A stretch of DNA of 64,000 nt from Mantamonas sphyraenae STR306 (Eukaryota; Protista; CRuMs). Under the pieces are notes generated by a model. That model was not told the origin of the DNA. It made no database searches and worked only from the letters and a program-made list of their open reading frames with translations. The stretch spans positions 1 to 64,000 of the forward strand of contig JAPMXV010000051.1 in NCBI GenBank assembly GCA_026936335.1, read 5' to 3'. Positions 35,044 to 47,100 of this stretch are shown here, in pieces (the first letter of the stretch is position 1; each line of letters starts with the position of its first letter). Made by a program: the position numbers and the translations under genes.

Positions 35044-38000
35044 TCAAAACCCACCTCCCCCCTCGCTGTCATACGGCGGTGGCGAGGCAGACGCGGGCAC
35101 GCTTCCCCACACGCCCCCATTCCACAGCTCCCCTGCACCACCACCTCCTCCAGCCGCACCACCACCTCCATCCCCACCTCCAGCCACACCACCCGTTGCC
35201 CCGTCACCATACACAACCCGATCCATCCCCCACCCATTCCCAACGAGGCCCCAGCTGCCAACGTTCTCGTAACTGGGCGCCACCGAGCTCACCTCCATCT
35301 CTGCGCCTCCGATCCCCTCGGCGTGCTTGTACGCGCCCCAATCCACCTCCTTGCTCACCGCACCCATTTCTACCTGCTCCCCATGGTCATCCTGCCCGTC
35401 TTGAGGGGCGACATGAAACAGCGTGCTGCCGAGCAACTCGTCTCTATCTCTCTCTGCCCTCGCGCGTCGCACACGTACGGCTACACCCACTGCCAGGGCA
35501 AACAGAAACACACCCGCCGACCACAGCGCCGCCTCGGTTGCCGCAGACGCGCCTCCCGTGCCCTGGCTCCCTGCGCCGTCTGTGCCTGCGTCTGTTGCGC
35601 CTGCGACGTTGCTGCTCCCGCCGTCGTCGTCCCCGCCTGCTGGAGCCTCCCAGTGTGTCACTGGCACTGTGAATGTGCCCACTGCCCGCCCAGCCAGCAC
35701 CACTGTCACGTTCAGGGCTGTTCCGTCTCCGCGCTGCGTTGGCAAACGCGCCAGGGCAAAGCCCACCTTTCCGGCCACGCCGCCGGCTCGAAGATGGCCG
35801 TACTGCGCAACGTTCTCCTCGCCGTTCACCAGCAGCGACAAGAGACCGCTCGGGTACTCTGTGTCTGGTACGAGCACGTGCGGAAAGGTCAACACCAGGG
35901 TGACGGGCATGCTTGCCCTTGCGTCCAGGGTGCTGGGACTCACCGCAAACGGATTGTTCAGCACCAGCTCCATGTCGTTCAGGAGCCAATTGTCGATGGC
36001 CGACGTGGAAAACTGTGCCTGTCGCACGCGAAACGCGCACGTTTCGCCCACGTTCACGTTGCGAACGTACGACACGGGCTTCCACGTCCTGTACTCGGCG
36101 GGCGTCAGAATTTGCCGGATGCGCCAGGTGCCCCCTCCCACACTGCCATCCAGCGTGCAACGGTCCTCCAGATACACGTCTTCGTTTGTGTCTGGCCGTT
36201 CACACGGTCCCGAGCCCACATTGGGCGTGCGCATGTCGAAGCGCCACGACAGCGTCCCGGGTCCCAACGCACTTGTCTGCACCACTCGGTTCGACCCAAA
36301 CAGCGACAGCTGCGCACCCAACACGCCCAGATCACAATGTGCCACAGCCGAAGTGCCCACCGTCAGCCATCCGGCGCCCATGTCCTGATCCGACAAAGTG
36401 TCAAAGCTCGCGCGCAGCGTCCTACGGTTGCCCGCATACTCTGTGTACGGCATCACATACACGCGCACTGTTTCGATGCTGTACGTGTGGTTTCCCAGCG
36501 CCAATCGCAGCTCCTTCCACCCGTGCGCCTGCGAGATCGGCCATGCCAGCCCGCACACCCGCGAGTCGGCGCTCCCGCCCGTCCCACACGGTACAGACAC
36601 AGCACCCAGCGAGCCAGCCTCCACCAAATGCACCGCTGTAAACAACGACAGAGATGCAGGCAAGCCCACAAGCGTCACTGCACGGTCGTCAAACACGGCC
36701 GCCGGTCCGTTGGTCGCCACCGCCATTCCTGCCACCGACTGGCCGCTCACAAACAGCACCGATTCTGTGCGCATGTCCACGCTTAATCCTCCAGTGACGC
36801 TTATCTCCACTCGTTGCCACCCGCGCACACCGGCCTCAAACTGCACATTGCATCCGTGGCCGCCGCTGATGGGCACGCATGCGCGCCACGACCACCCCTC
36901 TACACGTGCAAGCACACGCGTTTCGGCTGTGTTCAGACCACCCATGGAGCTGAAATCGACGAGCAGCGGCGTTGCCGCGCCCGTGCTCAGCATCTGCGTC
37001 ACGCTCGCGTTTACCGGCAGCTGCAGACTCGTCGGCCCCACACTCTGCACAGTCAACCCAACATGGAGCAGCTCCTGAGCAGGCTGGCTTGCCACGTACA
37101 CCACCAAGTTGGACACGCGGCTCGCCCCAACCGGCCCCTTGTACACCAGCTGCCACAGATCGGCCAGCATCAGCTCCACGCGGGTTCCGTCTGTGCTTAC
37201 AGACACGTTGCCCGTGTCTGCGCCAGCAATGCCATCCACACGTACACGAAGCGCAGGCGACAGGGTCGAACCACCAAACACATCGCTCGCAAAGACCGCC
37301 GTGGTCGTTGTTTGCGGAAACACGCGTCCGTTGGGCGTCACCTGCGTCGGCGTGCGCCGTCCGGCAAGCACATGCACTCTCAGACGTTCGGTTGCTTCAT
37401 ACCTGCCGTCGCGCAGCACGGTTACCGAGTGCTGGCCCACACCCAGCGCCTCTACGCGTGTGCTGTCCACTGTGCACACCAACTGCGTGCTGTTGGTCAC
37501 CACCAAGCTCGTGCACACGTCCAACGCGTCCGCATCGCTGCGCAAACGGTACTGAGACGCGGTGGAGAAGCTCTGTCCGCGCACAACCATCTGTTGCGAC
37601 GCGCCAACCCCCGTCACCAGCAACGTCGTCGACCGGCTCACGTCCACCTGCGTCACCGTATCCACGCGCACTCCTACCATGGCCATCGCAAGTGACACGA
37701 CGTATGTCTCGCCGCCATTCACAGACACGTCCAGCGCAAACGTGCGTCCAGTGAGGTTTGTCGACCCCACATGCCAGCTCAGGGTCCATTGCGCCGCAGC
37801 CGTGTCCAATGACTCACCACGCACGTTGCTCAGCCAATCTGCACGTCCGTCCACTCTAACCTGCACAGAAGCAGCTGCCTGAGCGGCGGCACTGGCAAAC
37901 ACGGGCGCGTGCATGGCCACGGTCACATTGACGCGCCCTGACGGCACCGTGAACGGAAGGACATCTGGATGCACGCGCACAGATGCGTTGTAGACGTCGC

Positions 38001-41000
38001 GTCCACGCGCAAGGGTGTACACCACGCTGTCCGACCACACCACGTGCATGCCTGCGTCCACCTCGACGCCCACTTGGTACGTCGTGCCGTCTGCAAACGT
38101 ATCCATCGATGCCTCACAGATGCCTGCGCCACTCGGCACCACACACAGACGACTGCCGTGGCCCGACGTGCCCTGGACACGTGTGCGAAGCCACGCCGTG
38201 CCGTTTCCGCTGCTGGCATCCGTCGTCGTGTTGACACGCAAAGTCACCGTGCGACTTGGGTCACGTGCAAAAACACGCGGCAGCACGCTGTGCACGCTTG
38301 CATTCCCTCCGTACGCCGCAATGTCCATGCCGAATTGCTCCATGGTGTATCCGCGCGGGAACGACGCCGTGCCAACCTGTGCCTCCAGGACCGCGGCCCA
38401 CTGCAGCGCCCCTGCAAACTGTACATCGACGTCGACCTCACGCAGTGCCCACGTGCGTGTGTCTACACGCACCAGTGGCAATTGCGCCCCGTGGCGGTCA
38501 CGCACCTCGACCACGTCGCACAAGCGCGTTCGAAGCAGCACAGGGCCACGCACTCCCATCGAGTTGTACAGGAACCAAAGGTTCAGCTTGCGTTGCACAG
38601 CCGTCGCGTTGTGCAGCAACGGCTGCACGGGGAAGCGCAGTGTGTATGGAACCGCCGTGGCCACGCGCATCAAAGGGCCCATGCGCACGGCGTAGTCTGT
38701 CGTCCAGCCGCGTTCGACATGCTGGCCGTTCAGGCTGAGCTGCAGCGTCAGCACACGCGCATCGTACGCCCGTGTGTTGACGCACAGTGTCTCTGCAGAT
38801 CCGTTGCCCACGTGCCACGTGCCTTGTGTGTCCACCTCGGCCACGGCTCCAGCTGCGGCAGAGGAAGCCATGTCTGCGTCGGTCCAATTCCCTGCAAACG
38901 TCCCGTTTGCCCCGAGCAGCCATCCGCTGTCCTGCCACCGCCACACGCCGGCGCCCTCACTGACCAATCCCACACGTAGGCGGCCCTGTGGGGCCTGCGC
39001 AGCTACCGTAGCCACGTGTGCGTTGTCTTCACGGTCCCACACGCTCGCTGGCGTGCCCCATGTGCCCTCACACGAGCCACCCGCGGCCACGCGCACGTAG
39101 CAGGCCTCGTCTAGATTCATGTGTGGAGTCGGACACCCAAAGGCACCGCTGGCTTGTAGCACCGACTGCGCAGGCGCCACAAAGCGCACCTCTGCGCTGC
39201 TTGTCACATCCAGCGTCACGTTGGCCACCCGATCGACGACGGCCTTGCCCTTGCCTCCGCCGCCCACAGACGTACGTCCGTCGACAAATCCTGCGCCTGA
39301 CACGCGCACAACACGCGTGCCGCACTCGGTCCATTCGACCAGGGCTGGGTCGGTCGCGCCGGCCACGTTGCTCACGTTGTACGTCTGCATGACCAGCGAC
39401 TGCGTGGGCGCATACACCTGGCCACCGTTGACGCTGACATTGGCTGTGTGAAGGCCCACCTGCTGGGGAGGCGTGTGCACGGCGCCTGCATACGTAGTGT
39501 ACGTGGCGTCTGCGTTGTGCATCGCCGTCGGCTCCTCGGTCTCACTCCACAGCACGCGCACATCGTACAGAGGCGAGTCCACACCCTGGGCGGACATGGA
39601 AAAGAGCACGTTGCGCTGCTGCGTGCTCACAAACGTGTCTGACGTGCGCGCAAATGCATGCTGCGTGGACACGGTCGGGATGGTCACGCGCACGTCGTCC
39701 ACGCCCCACGCGTCAAACGATGAGCTTGAGTGCCGCGGCTGCGCCCACTCAAACAACACATGGTCGACGTTTGTGTACGTGTGCGTGATCTGCCGCCACG
39801 TCACGGGCTGGCGCGTGAGCAGCTTCTGGTCCAAGAGGCTGCCCTGCGTCATCACTCCTTCGCTGTTCTGCACGTACTCGTACACATGCAGGTACAGGTC
39901 CTCCTGAATGTCTGGCAGCTCGCAGTTCCCAAACCCACCCGGAATGAACCAGAACGACAGCGTGACCGTGCGCTTGGGCAGCGACAGCACACGCGTGCGA
40001 TGCGACCGTGCGCCGCTCCCCGTCATCTTGAGCGAACGGGAGCCCGACACCGCCCCGCAGTCGGATCGACTCACACTGATCACCTGCGACGGCGACGCCC
40101 ACAGTGCCTCGTATGCACTGATGTCGTTGCTGTCGAAGTCTGCAGTCAGAACAATTTCCGAATCACGCTCCAGCAGCGAGTACGCTTGCATGGGCAGATG
40201 AGGCAGCGGTGTCTCTGCAAACACTCCGGCTTGTGTGTGGTTGTACACCAGTACGGGCACCTGCTCGCTGGTGACAACGAGGTGGCGCGATTCTGCGCGC
40301 AGGTCCACGTCCACCTCTGCGTGCGTGCTGTTGTCCACACGCACGTCCAAGAGGATGGGAGGAATGCTCATGCGCAAGTACATCGGCGCATGGAAGTGGA
40401 TGCCACGAAGCGACACGCGTGTGCGATATCCGTTGGCCAGAGCGCGCGGGTACGCTGTGCTCACATTGGCCACCTGTGCCGTCAGCCCCTGCGCGGCACC
40501 TATTGCCTGCACGCGCACTCGCACCACGGTGTGGTTGTGTGCAAGCTGTGCATTGCCCACCATCAGCACTTGATAGTCGCCGGCCGGTTGCGGCCCATCG
40601 AGTCGTATCCTGGTGCTGCCGGAGGCCGCGTGCGACACCTGCGTAGGCACTGCGTGCGTGCCTGTCGCAAGGTACAAGCGCACGTCGTTTTGCGTGGCCC
40701 CTTCCACGCTGATGTCCACGCCGTACACCACTGTGGCTGCAAATGCCACGTGGAAATGCAGCAGTGTTTGTTCGCCCGCACGCAGAGGCATCAACACACC
40801 TTCCGTGTCCTCCAAGCGCAAAACGACAGGATCGATGGCACGCAACCAAACGACAGGCGTCCACGGCGATTCCGAGGTGACGCGCACTCGCAGCGGCTCG
40901 ATCGCGTGCTGGTTGGTCGGCCGGGTCCACATGCACATGGCACATACACGGCTCTCTGGGCCTGTGTGCGCTGTGGCATTGCCCCACACGGTGCCATTGG

Positions 41001-42744
41001 CCATGTACAGGTGTGTGCAGCGGCCTGCAGCGCCCGCCTGTGCCAGCAGGGCTTTCCACACCTCCACCTCGACGTCGCTGGTTGCGTTGGCACGAACTGC
41101 ACCCGCGCCCAGATAGCTACAGTTGGTCACATTTACAGGTGCTGCGTCAAGGCACACCCTGCAGGCGCCTGCCAGCTGTTGGTTGGGCGATGGCGGCAGA
41201 GCAAACGAAACGTCTGAACTGCCCACCGTCGACGCGTTGCCAGTCAGCTCGGTGCCCAGCACCTCGACGCGCGTCTCGTGCGTTGTCCACACGCTTGCGT
41301 TCATCTGCAGCGTCACTGTGGCGCCCTCCTGCCAAAGCACCTCGTTGTGAGAGATGTTGACCACGGCGTAGGCGCGCGGCGTAGCCACAAACTCGACACC
41401 CGGCACAGTCTGGGACCAATGAACGCCCCCGTTTACGCTCACGGCCACCTTGTCCAGTCGGTCACCCTCCACGTTTGCCAGGGCGGCCTCGAGCTGTGTG
41501 GCGTTCAAGCGCACGGCCCATGTCGAGGCCTCCAGGCTGGAATCCAAGGACCCGTCGACGTCAAGTGTACGTCCGGACGTAGTGGACTGCATTCGCACAC
41601 GTAGGTGGATCATGGCCTGTTGGGCGGGAGGCAGGGCTCCGCGCACACGAAAGCGCGTTGGCAGCCTCAACACGGGCTCCTCGTGCATTTCGCCTGCACC
41701 CAGGTACCAGCGTGACGGAGTCAGAGTGGCCTGTCCGTAGACATGGACGCCGTGCACTCGCACTTGGTCAAGCAGCCAGGTGTCGTACGTGGGCCCACTG
41801 TAGTACGGTTGAAGAAACTGCATGCGGAACGCCCCGTGCGTCACCGTGACGGTGTACTTTGCCCAGTCGCGTGCATACACGGTTTGGATGACCAGCGCTG
41901 TGGCCAGGCTGTCGTACGAGGGGCTGTTCACAGCGATGTTCACCGTGAGATCCTCCAACTGGTCAGCCGTCTCACATTCGCCCTGCCCCAATGGTGCACG
42001 AGCCCAGAACGACAGCGTCGACTTTCCTCGCACGGGGTGCACGTGCGACACCACCGCTCGGAACGATCCATAGAAGAGAAGCTTGCCAGCGGAATTTTCC
42101 GCCGTCCCACCGCACCCGCTGCTGTACTGGCTGGACGGGATAGCTGTCGACCACAACGCTGCGTCGCCGTTGACCACATCAAATGTCGACTGGTAGAGAT
42201 ACGCCACGCCTGTGTGTGTGTGTGTGTGTGTGTGTGTGGCGGTTTGGGGGTTAGGCAGCCATAATTTGCCTGATCCGAAAACGCACCAAAAACGGACAAG
42301 ACGTCGTGGCTCACCTTCTACGAGCACCAGCGCCGTCTGCTTCTGCGCCTGCACGCCGCAAGCGGTGACTTGGACGTGCCAGATCGAATCGCTCTGTGCC
42401 TGTGCCTGTTCTGTGTACAAATCGGGAGCGCTTGTCGCGTGAAAAGCAACCATTCGTTCTCCGGCGGCGGTGCCGTTCCACGCTGCGACGAGCGTCCACG
42501 CCGCGTGCTGCAGGCCTGTGCTTTTGTTGTTCATCAGCACCAGCTGGGTGTTTGCTGCGTCGAGCACACACGTCTCGTTGACGCCTGTCAGGGTCACGGT
42601 GAGTTTGCTCGCCGCTCCAGTGGCCTCTGCGTCCATCGCCTGCGGGCTGATTGCGTCCACCTGCATGGTTCCGTGTACATCGTGGATGCACACACATGTG
42701 ATCGCCACCATGACTGTCAGCACAGCCATCGTGGACGTTGGCAT
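35044..42744 (-). CDS. Large type-I membrane protein with three reelin-subrepeat-like domains, IPT/TIG-like domains and a C-type-lectin-like segment
   Basis: Signal peptide MPTSTMAVLTVMVAITCVCIHDVHG; probable intron 42210-42314; repeated VSVNGG (IPT-like); single TM near 35470-35540; three CG..R..LSF(W)..C(E).PD..ED..F..Q....D.W..D blocks. Confidence 0.85.
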   Translation of the reverse strand: MPTSTMAVLTVMVAITCVCIHDVHGTMQVDAISPQAMDAEATGAASKLTVTLTGVNETCVLDAANTQLVLMNNKSTGLQHAAWTLVAAWNGTAAGERMVAFHATSAPDLYTEQAQAQSDSIWHVQVTACGVQAQKQTALVLVEGEPRRLVRFWCVFGSGKLWLPNPQTATHTHTHTHTGVAYLYQSTFDVVNGDAALWSTAIPSSQYSSGCGGTAENSAGKLLFYGSFRAVVSHVHPVRGKSTLSFWARAPLGQGECETADQLEDLTVNIAVNSPSYDSLATALVIQTVYARDWAKYTVTVTHGAFRMQFLQPYYSGPTYDTWLLDQVRVHGVHVYGQATLTPSRWYLGAGEMHEEPVLRLPTRFRVRGALPPAQQAMIHLRVRMQSTTSGRTLDVDGSLDSSLEASTWAVRLNATQLEAALANVEGDRLDKVAVSVNGGVHWSQTVPGVEFVATPRAYAVVNISHNEVLWQEGATVTLQMNASVWTTHETRVEVLGTELTGNASTVGSSDVSFALPPSPNQQLAGACRVCLDAAPVNVTNCSYLGAGAVRANATSDVEVEVWKALLAQAGAAGRCTHLYMANGTVWGNATAHTGPESRVCAMCMWTRPTNQHAIEPLRVRVTSESPWTPVVWLRAIDPVVLRLEDTEGVLMPLRAGEQTLLHFHVAFAATVVYGVDISVEGATQNDVRLYLATGTHAVPTQVSHAASGSTRIRLDGPQPAGDYQVLMVGNAQLAHNHTVVRVRVQAIGAAQGLTAQVANVSTAYPRALANGYRTRVSLRGIHFHAPMYLRMSIPPILLDVRVDNSTHAEVDVDLRAESRHLVVTSEQVPVLVYNHTQAGVFAETPLPHLPMQAYSLLERDSEIVLTADFDSNDISAYEALWASPSQVISVSRSDCGAVSGSRSLKMTGSGARSHRTRVLSLPKRTVTLSFWFIPGGFGNCELPDIQEDLYLHVYEYVQNSEGVMTQGSLLDQKLLTRQPVTWRQITHTYTNVDHVLFEWAQPRHSSSSFDAWGVDDVRVTIPTVSTQHAFARTSDTFVSTQQRNVLFSMSAQGVDSPLYDVRVLWSETEEPTAMHNADATYTTYAGAVHTPPQQVGLHTANVSVNGGQVYAPTQSLVMQTYNVSNVAGATDPALVEWTECGTRVVRVSGAGFVDGRTSVGGGGKGKAVVDRVANVTLDVTSSAEVRFVAPAQSVLQASGAFGCPTPHMNLDEACYVRVAAGGSCEGTWGTPASVWDREDNAHVATVAAQAPQGRLRVGLVSEGAGVWRWQDSGWLLGANGTFAGNWTDADMASSAAAGAVAEVDTQGTWHVGNGSAETLCVNTRAYDARVLTLQLSLNGQHVERGWTTDYAVRMGPLMRVATAVPYTLRFPVQPLLHNATAVQRKLNLWFLYNSMGVRGPVLLRTRLCDVVEVRDRHGAQLPLVRVDTRTWALREVDVDVQFAGALQWAAVLEAQVGTASFPRGYTMEQFGMDIAAYGGNASVHSVLPRVFARDPSRTVTLRVNTTTDASSGNGTAWLRTRVQGTSGHGSRLCVVPSGAGICEASMDTFADGTTYQVGVEVDAGMHVVWSDSVVYTLARGRDVYNASVRVHPDVLPFTVPSGRVNVTVAMHAPVFASAAAQAAASVQVRVDGRADWLSNVRGESLDTAAAQWTLSWHVGSTNLTGRTFALDVSVNGGETYVVSLAMAMVGVRVDTVTQVDVSRSTTLLVTGVGASQQMVVRGQSFSTASQYRLRSDADALDVCTSLVVTNSTQLVCTVDSTRVEALGVGQHSVTVLRDGRYEATERLRVHVLAGRRTPTQVTPNGRVFPQTTTTAVFASDVFGGSTLSPALRVRVDGIAGADTGNVSVSTDGTRVELMLADLWQLVYKGPVGASRVSNLVVYVASQPAQELLHVGLTVQSVGPTSLQLPVNASVTQMLSTGAATPLLVDFSSMGGLNTAETRVLARVEGWSWRACVPISGGHGCNVQFEAGVRGWQRVEISVTGGLSVDMRTESVLFVSGQSVAGMAVATNGPAAVFDDRAVTLVGLPASLSLFTAVHLVEAGSLGAVSVPCGTGGSADSRVCGLAWPISQAHGWKELRLALGNHTYSIETVRVYVMPYTEYAGNRRTLRASFDTLSDQDMGAGWLTVGTSAVAHCDLGVLGAQLSLFGSNRVVQTSALGPGTLSWRFDMRTPNVGSGPCERPDTNEDVYLEDRCTLDGSVGGGTWRIRQILTPAEYRTWKPVSYVRNVNVGETCAFRVRQAQFSTSAIDNWLLNDMELVLNNPFAVSPSTLDARASMPVTLVLTFPHVLVPDTEYPSGLLSLLVNGEENVAQYGHLRAGGVAGKVGFALARLPTQRGDGTALNVTVVLAGRAVGTFTVPVTHWEAPAGGDDDGGSSNVAGATDAGTDGAGSQGTGGASAATEAALWSAGVFLFALAVGVAVRVRRARAERDRDELLGSTLFHVAPQDGQDDHGEQVEMGAVSKEVDWGAYKHAEGIGGAEMEVSSVAPSYENVGSWGLVGNGWGMDRVVYGDGATGGVAGGGDGGGGAAGGGGGAGELWNGGVWGSVPASASPPPYDSEGGGGF
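42211..42238. repeat. (TG)14 microsatellite at an intron 3' end
   Basis: Perfect TG run directly adjacent to the predicted acceptor. Confidence 0.9.
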
Positions 42745-43077
42745 CCTCGTGCCTGGCCAGAAAGTTGGCCTTGTCTGCGTGCGTGGGTGTGAGTTGCGCC
42801 GGGCCGGAGATGAAAGGCGAGGGGTCAGGAAGGATGCAGTGCTCACCATTGCTGCCCGTGGGATAGTGTGTGGGAGCAGAGCTGTGGGTCGTGGAGCGAG
42901 GCTGCGGTGGCGTGTTTTCTTGGGCCAGTTTCAGCGCGGATGGCAGGGGGTGTGGAAGGGAAATTAGCGTCTGCGCAAACATGCGTGGAGAACGGTGCGC
43001 GTGGAAACGTCGTGATGGGGACGAGGGCGATGGCGTGCGCTGGAGCAACACAACGTCTTCCAGTCGTCCGGACAAGC

Positions 43078-43880
43078 ATGAGCAACTCCCGTTCCACGTT
43101 TCAACGCATCGGCGAGAGCGTGTTCAACAAGGTTGACAAGGTGGTACGTGCTCGTCTTGCGTGTGTGTGTGTTTGTGTGTGTTGCACGGGCTGGAGCGAG
43201 TGAAAGCGGATCTACCCTCCTCGCCACATGCCGCCGCCTTGACCGCTCACGTGTCACCTACACCTGCCCACGTACACGGTGCACACACAGAACTCGGAGC
43301 TGTTGGCTCTGACGTACGGTGCTATTATCACGCAGCTGATCCAGGACTACGAGGACGTGGACGAGGTCAACGTGATGCTGGAAAAGATGTAGGCGACCCT
43401 CCCCGCGCGCTAGTGACGCACAGAGACTGACATCGAGGGCGGCATGTGGATGCGGGCGTGGGACAACACGTGTGCAGGGGATACAACATTGGCGTGCGAG
43501 CCATCGACGAGTTTCTGGCCAAGTCGGGGGTGGGCAAGTGCGCCGACTTTCGGGAGACGGCCGAGGTGATCTCCAAGATCGGGTTCAAGATGTACCTGGG
43601 GGTGCCTGCGACGGTGGGCAATTGGAACAGCAACAACACGCAGTGCTCGCTGGTGCTGGAGGAGAACCCATTGGCGGAGTTTGTGGAACTGCCGAGCAAC
43701 TTGAGCAAGCTGCACTACAGCAATCTGCTGTGCGGGGTGCTGCGAGGCGCATTGGAGATGGTGCATTTGAAGGTCGAGGCGGTGTTTGTGAAGGACGCGC
43801 TGCACGGAGACGATCTGACGGAGATCCAGCTGACGTTGATTGAAAAGCTCGAGGAGGACACGCCGCCCGATGATGACTGA
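43078..43880 (+). CDS. TRAPPC3: TRAPP complex subunit BET3
   Basis: Spliced product NSELLALTYGAII...EKMGYNIGVRAIDEFLAKS...NPLAEFVELP...YSNLLCGVLRGALEMV; introns 43144-43290 and 43389-43477. Confidence 0.96.
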
Positions 43881-44163
43881 GGCGGGCTGGGTGAGGCGGG
43901 CCGTGTGCGTGTGCGTGTGTACAGTAGGGGAATACATGAGTTGGTTGGGAGAGTGTGGGCTGTTTGTTTGTGGTGGGCAGGGAGGGGAGTTTGGTGGGAC
44001 GGTGCGACAGGGTGGCCAATTGATGGGTGCTGAAAGGAAGGGTGAGTTGAGGAGAGGGGGGATGGTGGGGAAGGGGGAGAGAGGGGGTTGGGAGGAGGGT
44101 GTGGGGGTGGATTTTGGGTGGTAAAGGGGGAGAAGGGCTGACGTGTTGGGGTGAAGTGGGGAA

Positions 44164-47100
44164 ATGAGCGACACAAAGCTAATGAGAGCAGTGGAGAAGG
44201 GGGATGTGATTGCAATGGAGCGTTTGATTGAGGGGGGTGCAGATGTGAATGAGCAGAATGAGAATGGGGTGACGGCGTTGCACTGGGCAGCTTGGGAGGG
44301 AAACACAAACGCGGCGACGATGCTTCTGGACAGGGGAGCAGAGGTGGACAAGACGGAAGTGTACGGACGGACACCGTTGTACATTGCAGCACAGATGGGA
44401 CACACAGAGACGGCGACGATGCTTCTGGACAGGGGAGCAGACGTGGACAAGGTGGAGGAGAGGGGAGCCACACCTTTGTACATTGCAGCACAGATGGGAC
44501 ACACACAGACGGCGACGATACTGCTGGACAGGGGAGCAGAGGTGAACAAGGCTGAGGAGGACGGTGCCACACCGCTTTACATTGCAGCACAGAATGGGCA
44601 CACAGAGACGGCGACGCTTCTCATCGCTCGTGGTGCAGATGCTACTGTCAGAGCCAAGAATGGCAAGTCTCCACTCGAAATCGCAGCAAGCAGGTACCCG
44701 TCGACACATCTGGCCATGCTGGGTGCCTGGGCTGAGTTGCATGGCCTGGTGTCGTTCACCACCTCGCAGGAGTTGGCTGCTGAGCTATCCTCTGCTCGTT
44801 GCATGCAAGCTCAGGCGCTGTGTTTGGTGGCTGAGAGTGAAGGTGGTGTGACAGAGCTGCCTGAGGAGATTGGCATGTGTGAGGAGCTGCGTGTGCTTGA
44901 TCTGCGCAGATCGGGCATCAGCGTTCTGCCCAGACAGGCCATGGGAAGCTTGAAAGAGCTGCAGTGGCTCCGACTGGAGCATGATGAGGCGTTGGATGAT
45001 GTGCCTGGGTTTGTGGTGAAGAAAGGAGCGCAAGCGGTGGTGGAGTATCTGGCACGGATGGACACGGCGTGGGAATGGGTGAACTGGATGGTGCTGGGAC
45101 ATGGTGGACAGGGCAAAACGACGCTGATTGACACGATGAAGCGGAATAGCTCGGGGAAGGAGAGGAGGCGAGTGTTGTTCAGACGGAGAACGCGCAAGCA
45201 GAAGCTGGACAAGGAGGAGAGGACGACGGATGCGACACACAGCATGGATGTGTATGAGTTTGATCTGAGGGATGGGGATGTGCGTGTGCGTATCAGTGAC
45301 TATGGTGGCCAGGCAGAGTACTGGGTGGGCCACCAGTACCTGTTGATGGGCCAGGGCGGGGTGTTTGTGCTGGTGGCATCGATGGTGGCGTGGGATGCAG
45401 TGGCAGGTGGGCACAGAGTGGACATGGATGCAGCACGTGGGGAGCTGGAGGTGTGGCTGGACATGGTGGCGAGCAAGGTGGCGAGCAAAGTGGCAGGGAA
45501 GAAGAAGCCGCAGATGTGGATTGTTGTGACGCATGCAGATCTGGGAGAGAAGGTGAAGGTGGGGGAGAGGATGGATCGGGAAGAGGCACGTGGGATGGTG
45601 AAAGGGTGGGTGGAAGGGTGGAGGAAGAGCAAAAGGTACGAGCAGCTGCGGATGGATGCGGAGAAGGGAGTGTTTGTGGTGGATGGAGATGTGTGGAAGG
45701 GGAACGTGGATGGGCTGCTGGGCAGTCTGGAGGAAGCGAGTGTGGCACTGGCAGAGAACAGGATGGTGCCACGCGGGACGGTGGAGCTGCAGAAGTATGT
45801 ACAGGAACTGCGACGTAGGAAGAAGCTGGAGCAGCCGTGGATGCGTGTGGAGGAACTGGAGGAGATGGTGAAGGGGAATGAGGCGATGCAGGAGCACTTT
45901 CCGAGCAAGAGCGGGCGGATCTTTCATTCATCGCTGGAGGAACTGCACCACATGCAGGAGGTGGTGTGGCACAGAGGGGCAGGGGTGGTTGTGCTGGACC
46001 CTGTGTGGCTGGCAAAGCTGATGGGAGGGTTTGTGAGCGGTGCAGAGGTTCAGGGGCTGGACAAAGGGAAGCAGATTGCGGAGGGTAAGCATCATGGGCT
46101 GGTGAAGTGGGATGATCGATTGAGGAAGCAGGTGGGGAGGCTGCATGGGGAGCTGTGGGGACAAGGAGGAGGGGGTGATGGAGAGGATGGGGTGGCGGAT
46201 ATGCTGCTGGAGCTGCTGTGTGAGGTGGAGATGTGTGCACGCGTGGGTGAAGACACGCTTGTGTTTCCGTTTCTGCGGACTGTGGAGACAGAGCTGCCTG
46301 GGGAGTGGATGGCAGAGAACACATGTCGGATTGGACGGCGGTTTGTGTGGGTGGTGGATGGGATGCAAACAAACGCAGACGCACAGCTGGATAAGGCATG
46401 GCAGGCAGAGAACTGGCACATGCTGCCACCTGCGCTGTTCAACCTGGGGCAGGTGCGGCTGATTGAGGCATTCTCAGCGGGAATCCGGATCGAAAACGTG
46501 CACTCCAACTGGATCCACGTGTGGCCCAAGGATGCGCCGCACATTGTTCTCGTGCATGAGCCACGCTCGCGGTACATGGACGTGGTGGTAGCACGAAACT
46601 CATGGCGTGGGGTGGCAGAGACGATGATCCAGGTGGAGGTGCTTGTGCGACGGCTGGCGGCCGAGAGCGGGCTGTGTGACGGACTGACTGGGAGCATGCG
46701 GTGCTACCCGCTGTGTCACGTGTGTGTGGGCAGTGAAAAGGTGGAGGATGTGCTGCGCATGGACTGGGGGCAGCATGAATTGAGTGTAGAGGTGTCTGCC
46801 CTGGTGGAAGAGAACAGTGACGACTGTGGGGCATGCATGGTTCACAGTGTGGATCTTCACACCCAAGCGCTGCTGTATGGACGTGTACCGGATGACAAAG
46901 ACGAACTGAAGGAACTGCAGGAATGGCGGAAAGACATGGAGGAGCGTGTCGGGAGCATGGAACGGCGGCTGGGCAAGTCATGGAAAGCGATCAAGACACT
47001 TGCCAAACAATATCCGCAGCTGCTGGGATGGGTGACACAGCTGCAGGTGAAACACAGGGCGGGGGGCATCGCAGACATGGATGCAGTGCGATCGATGGTG

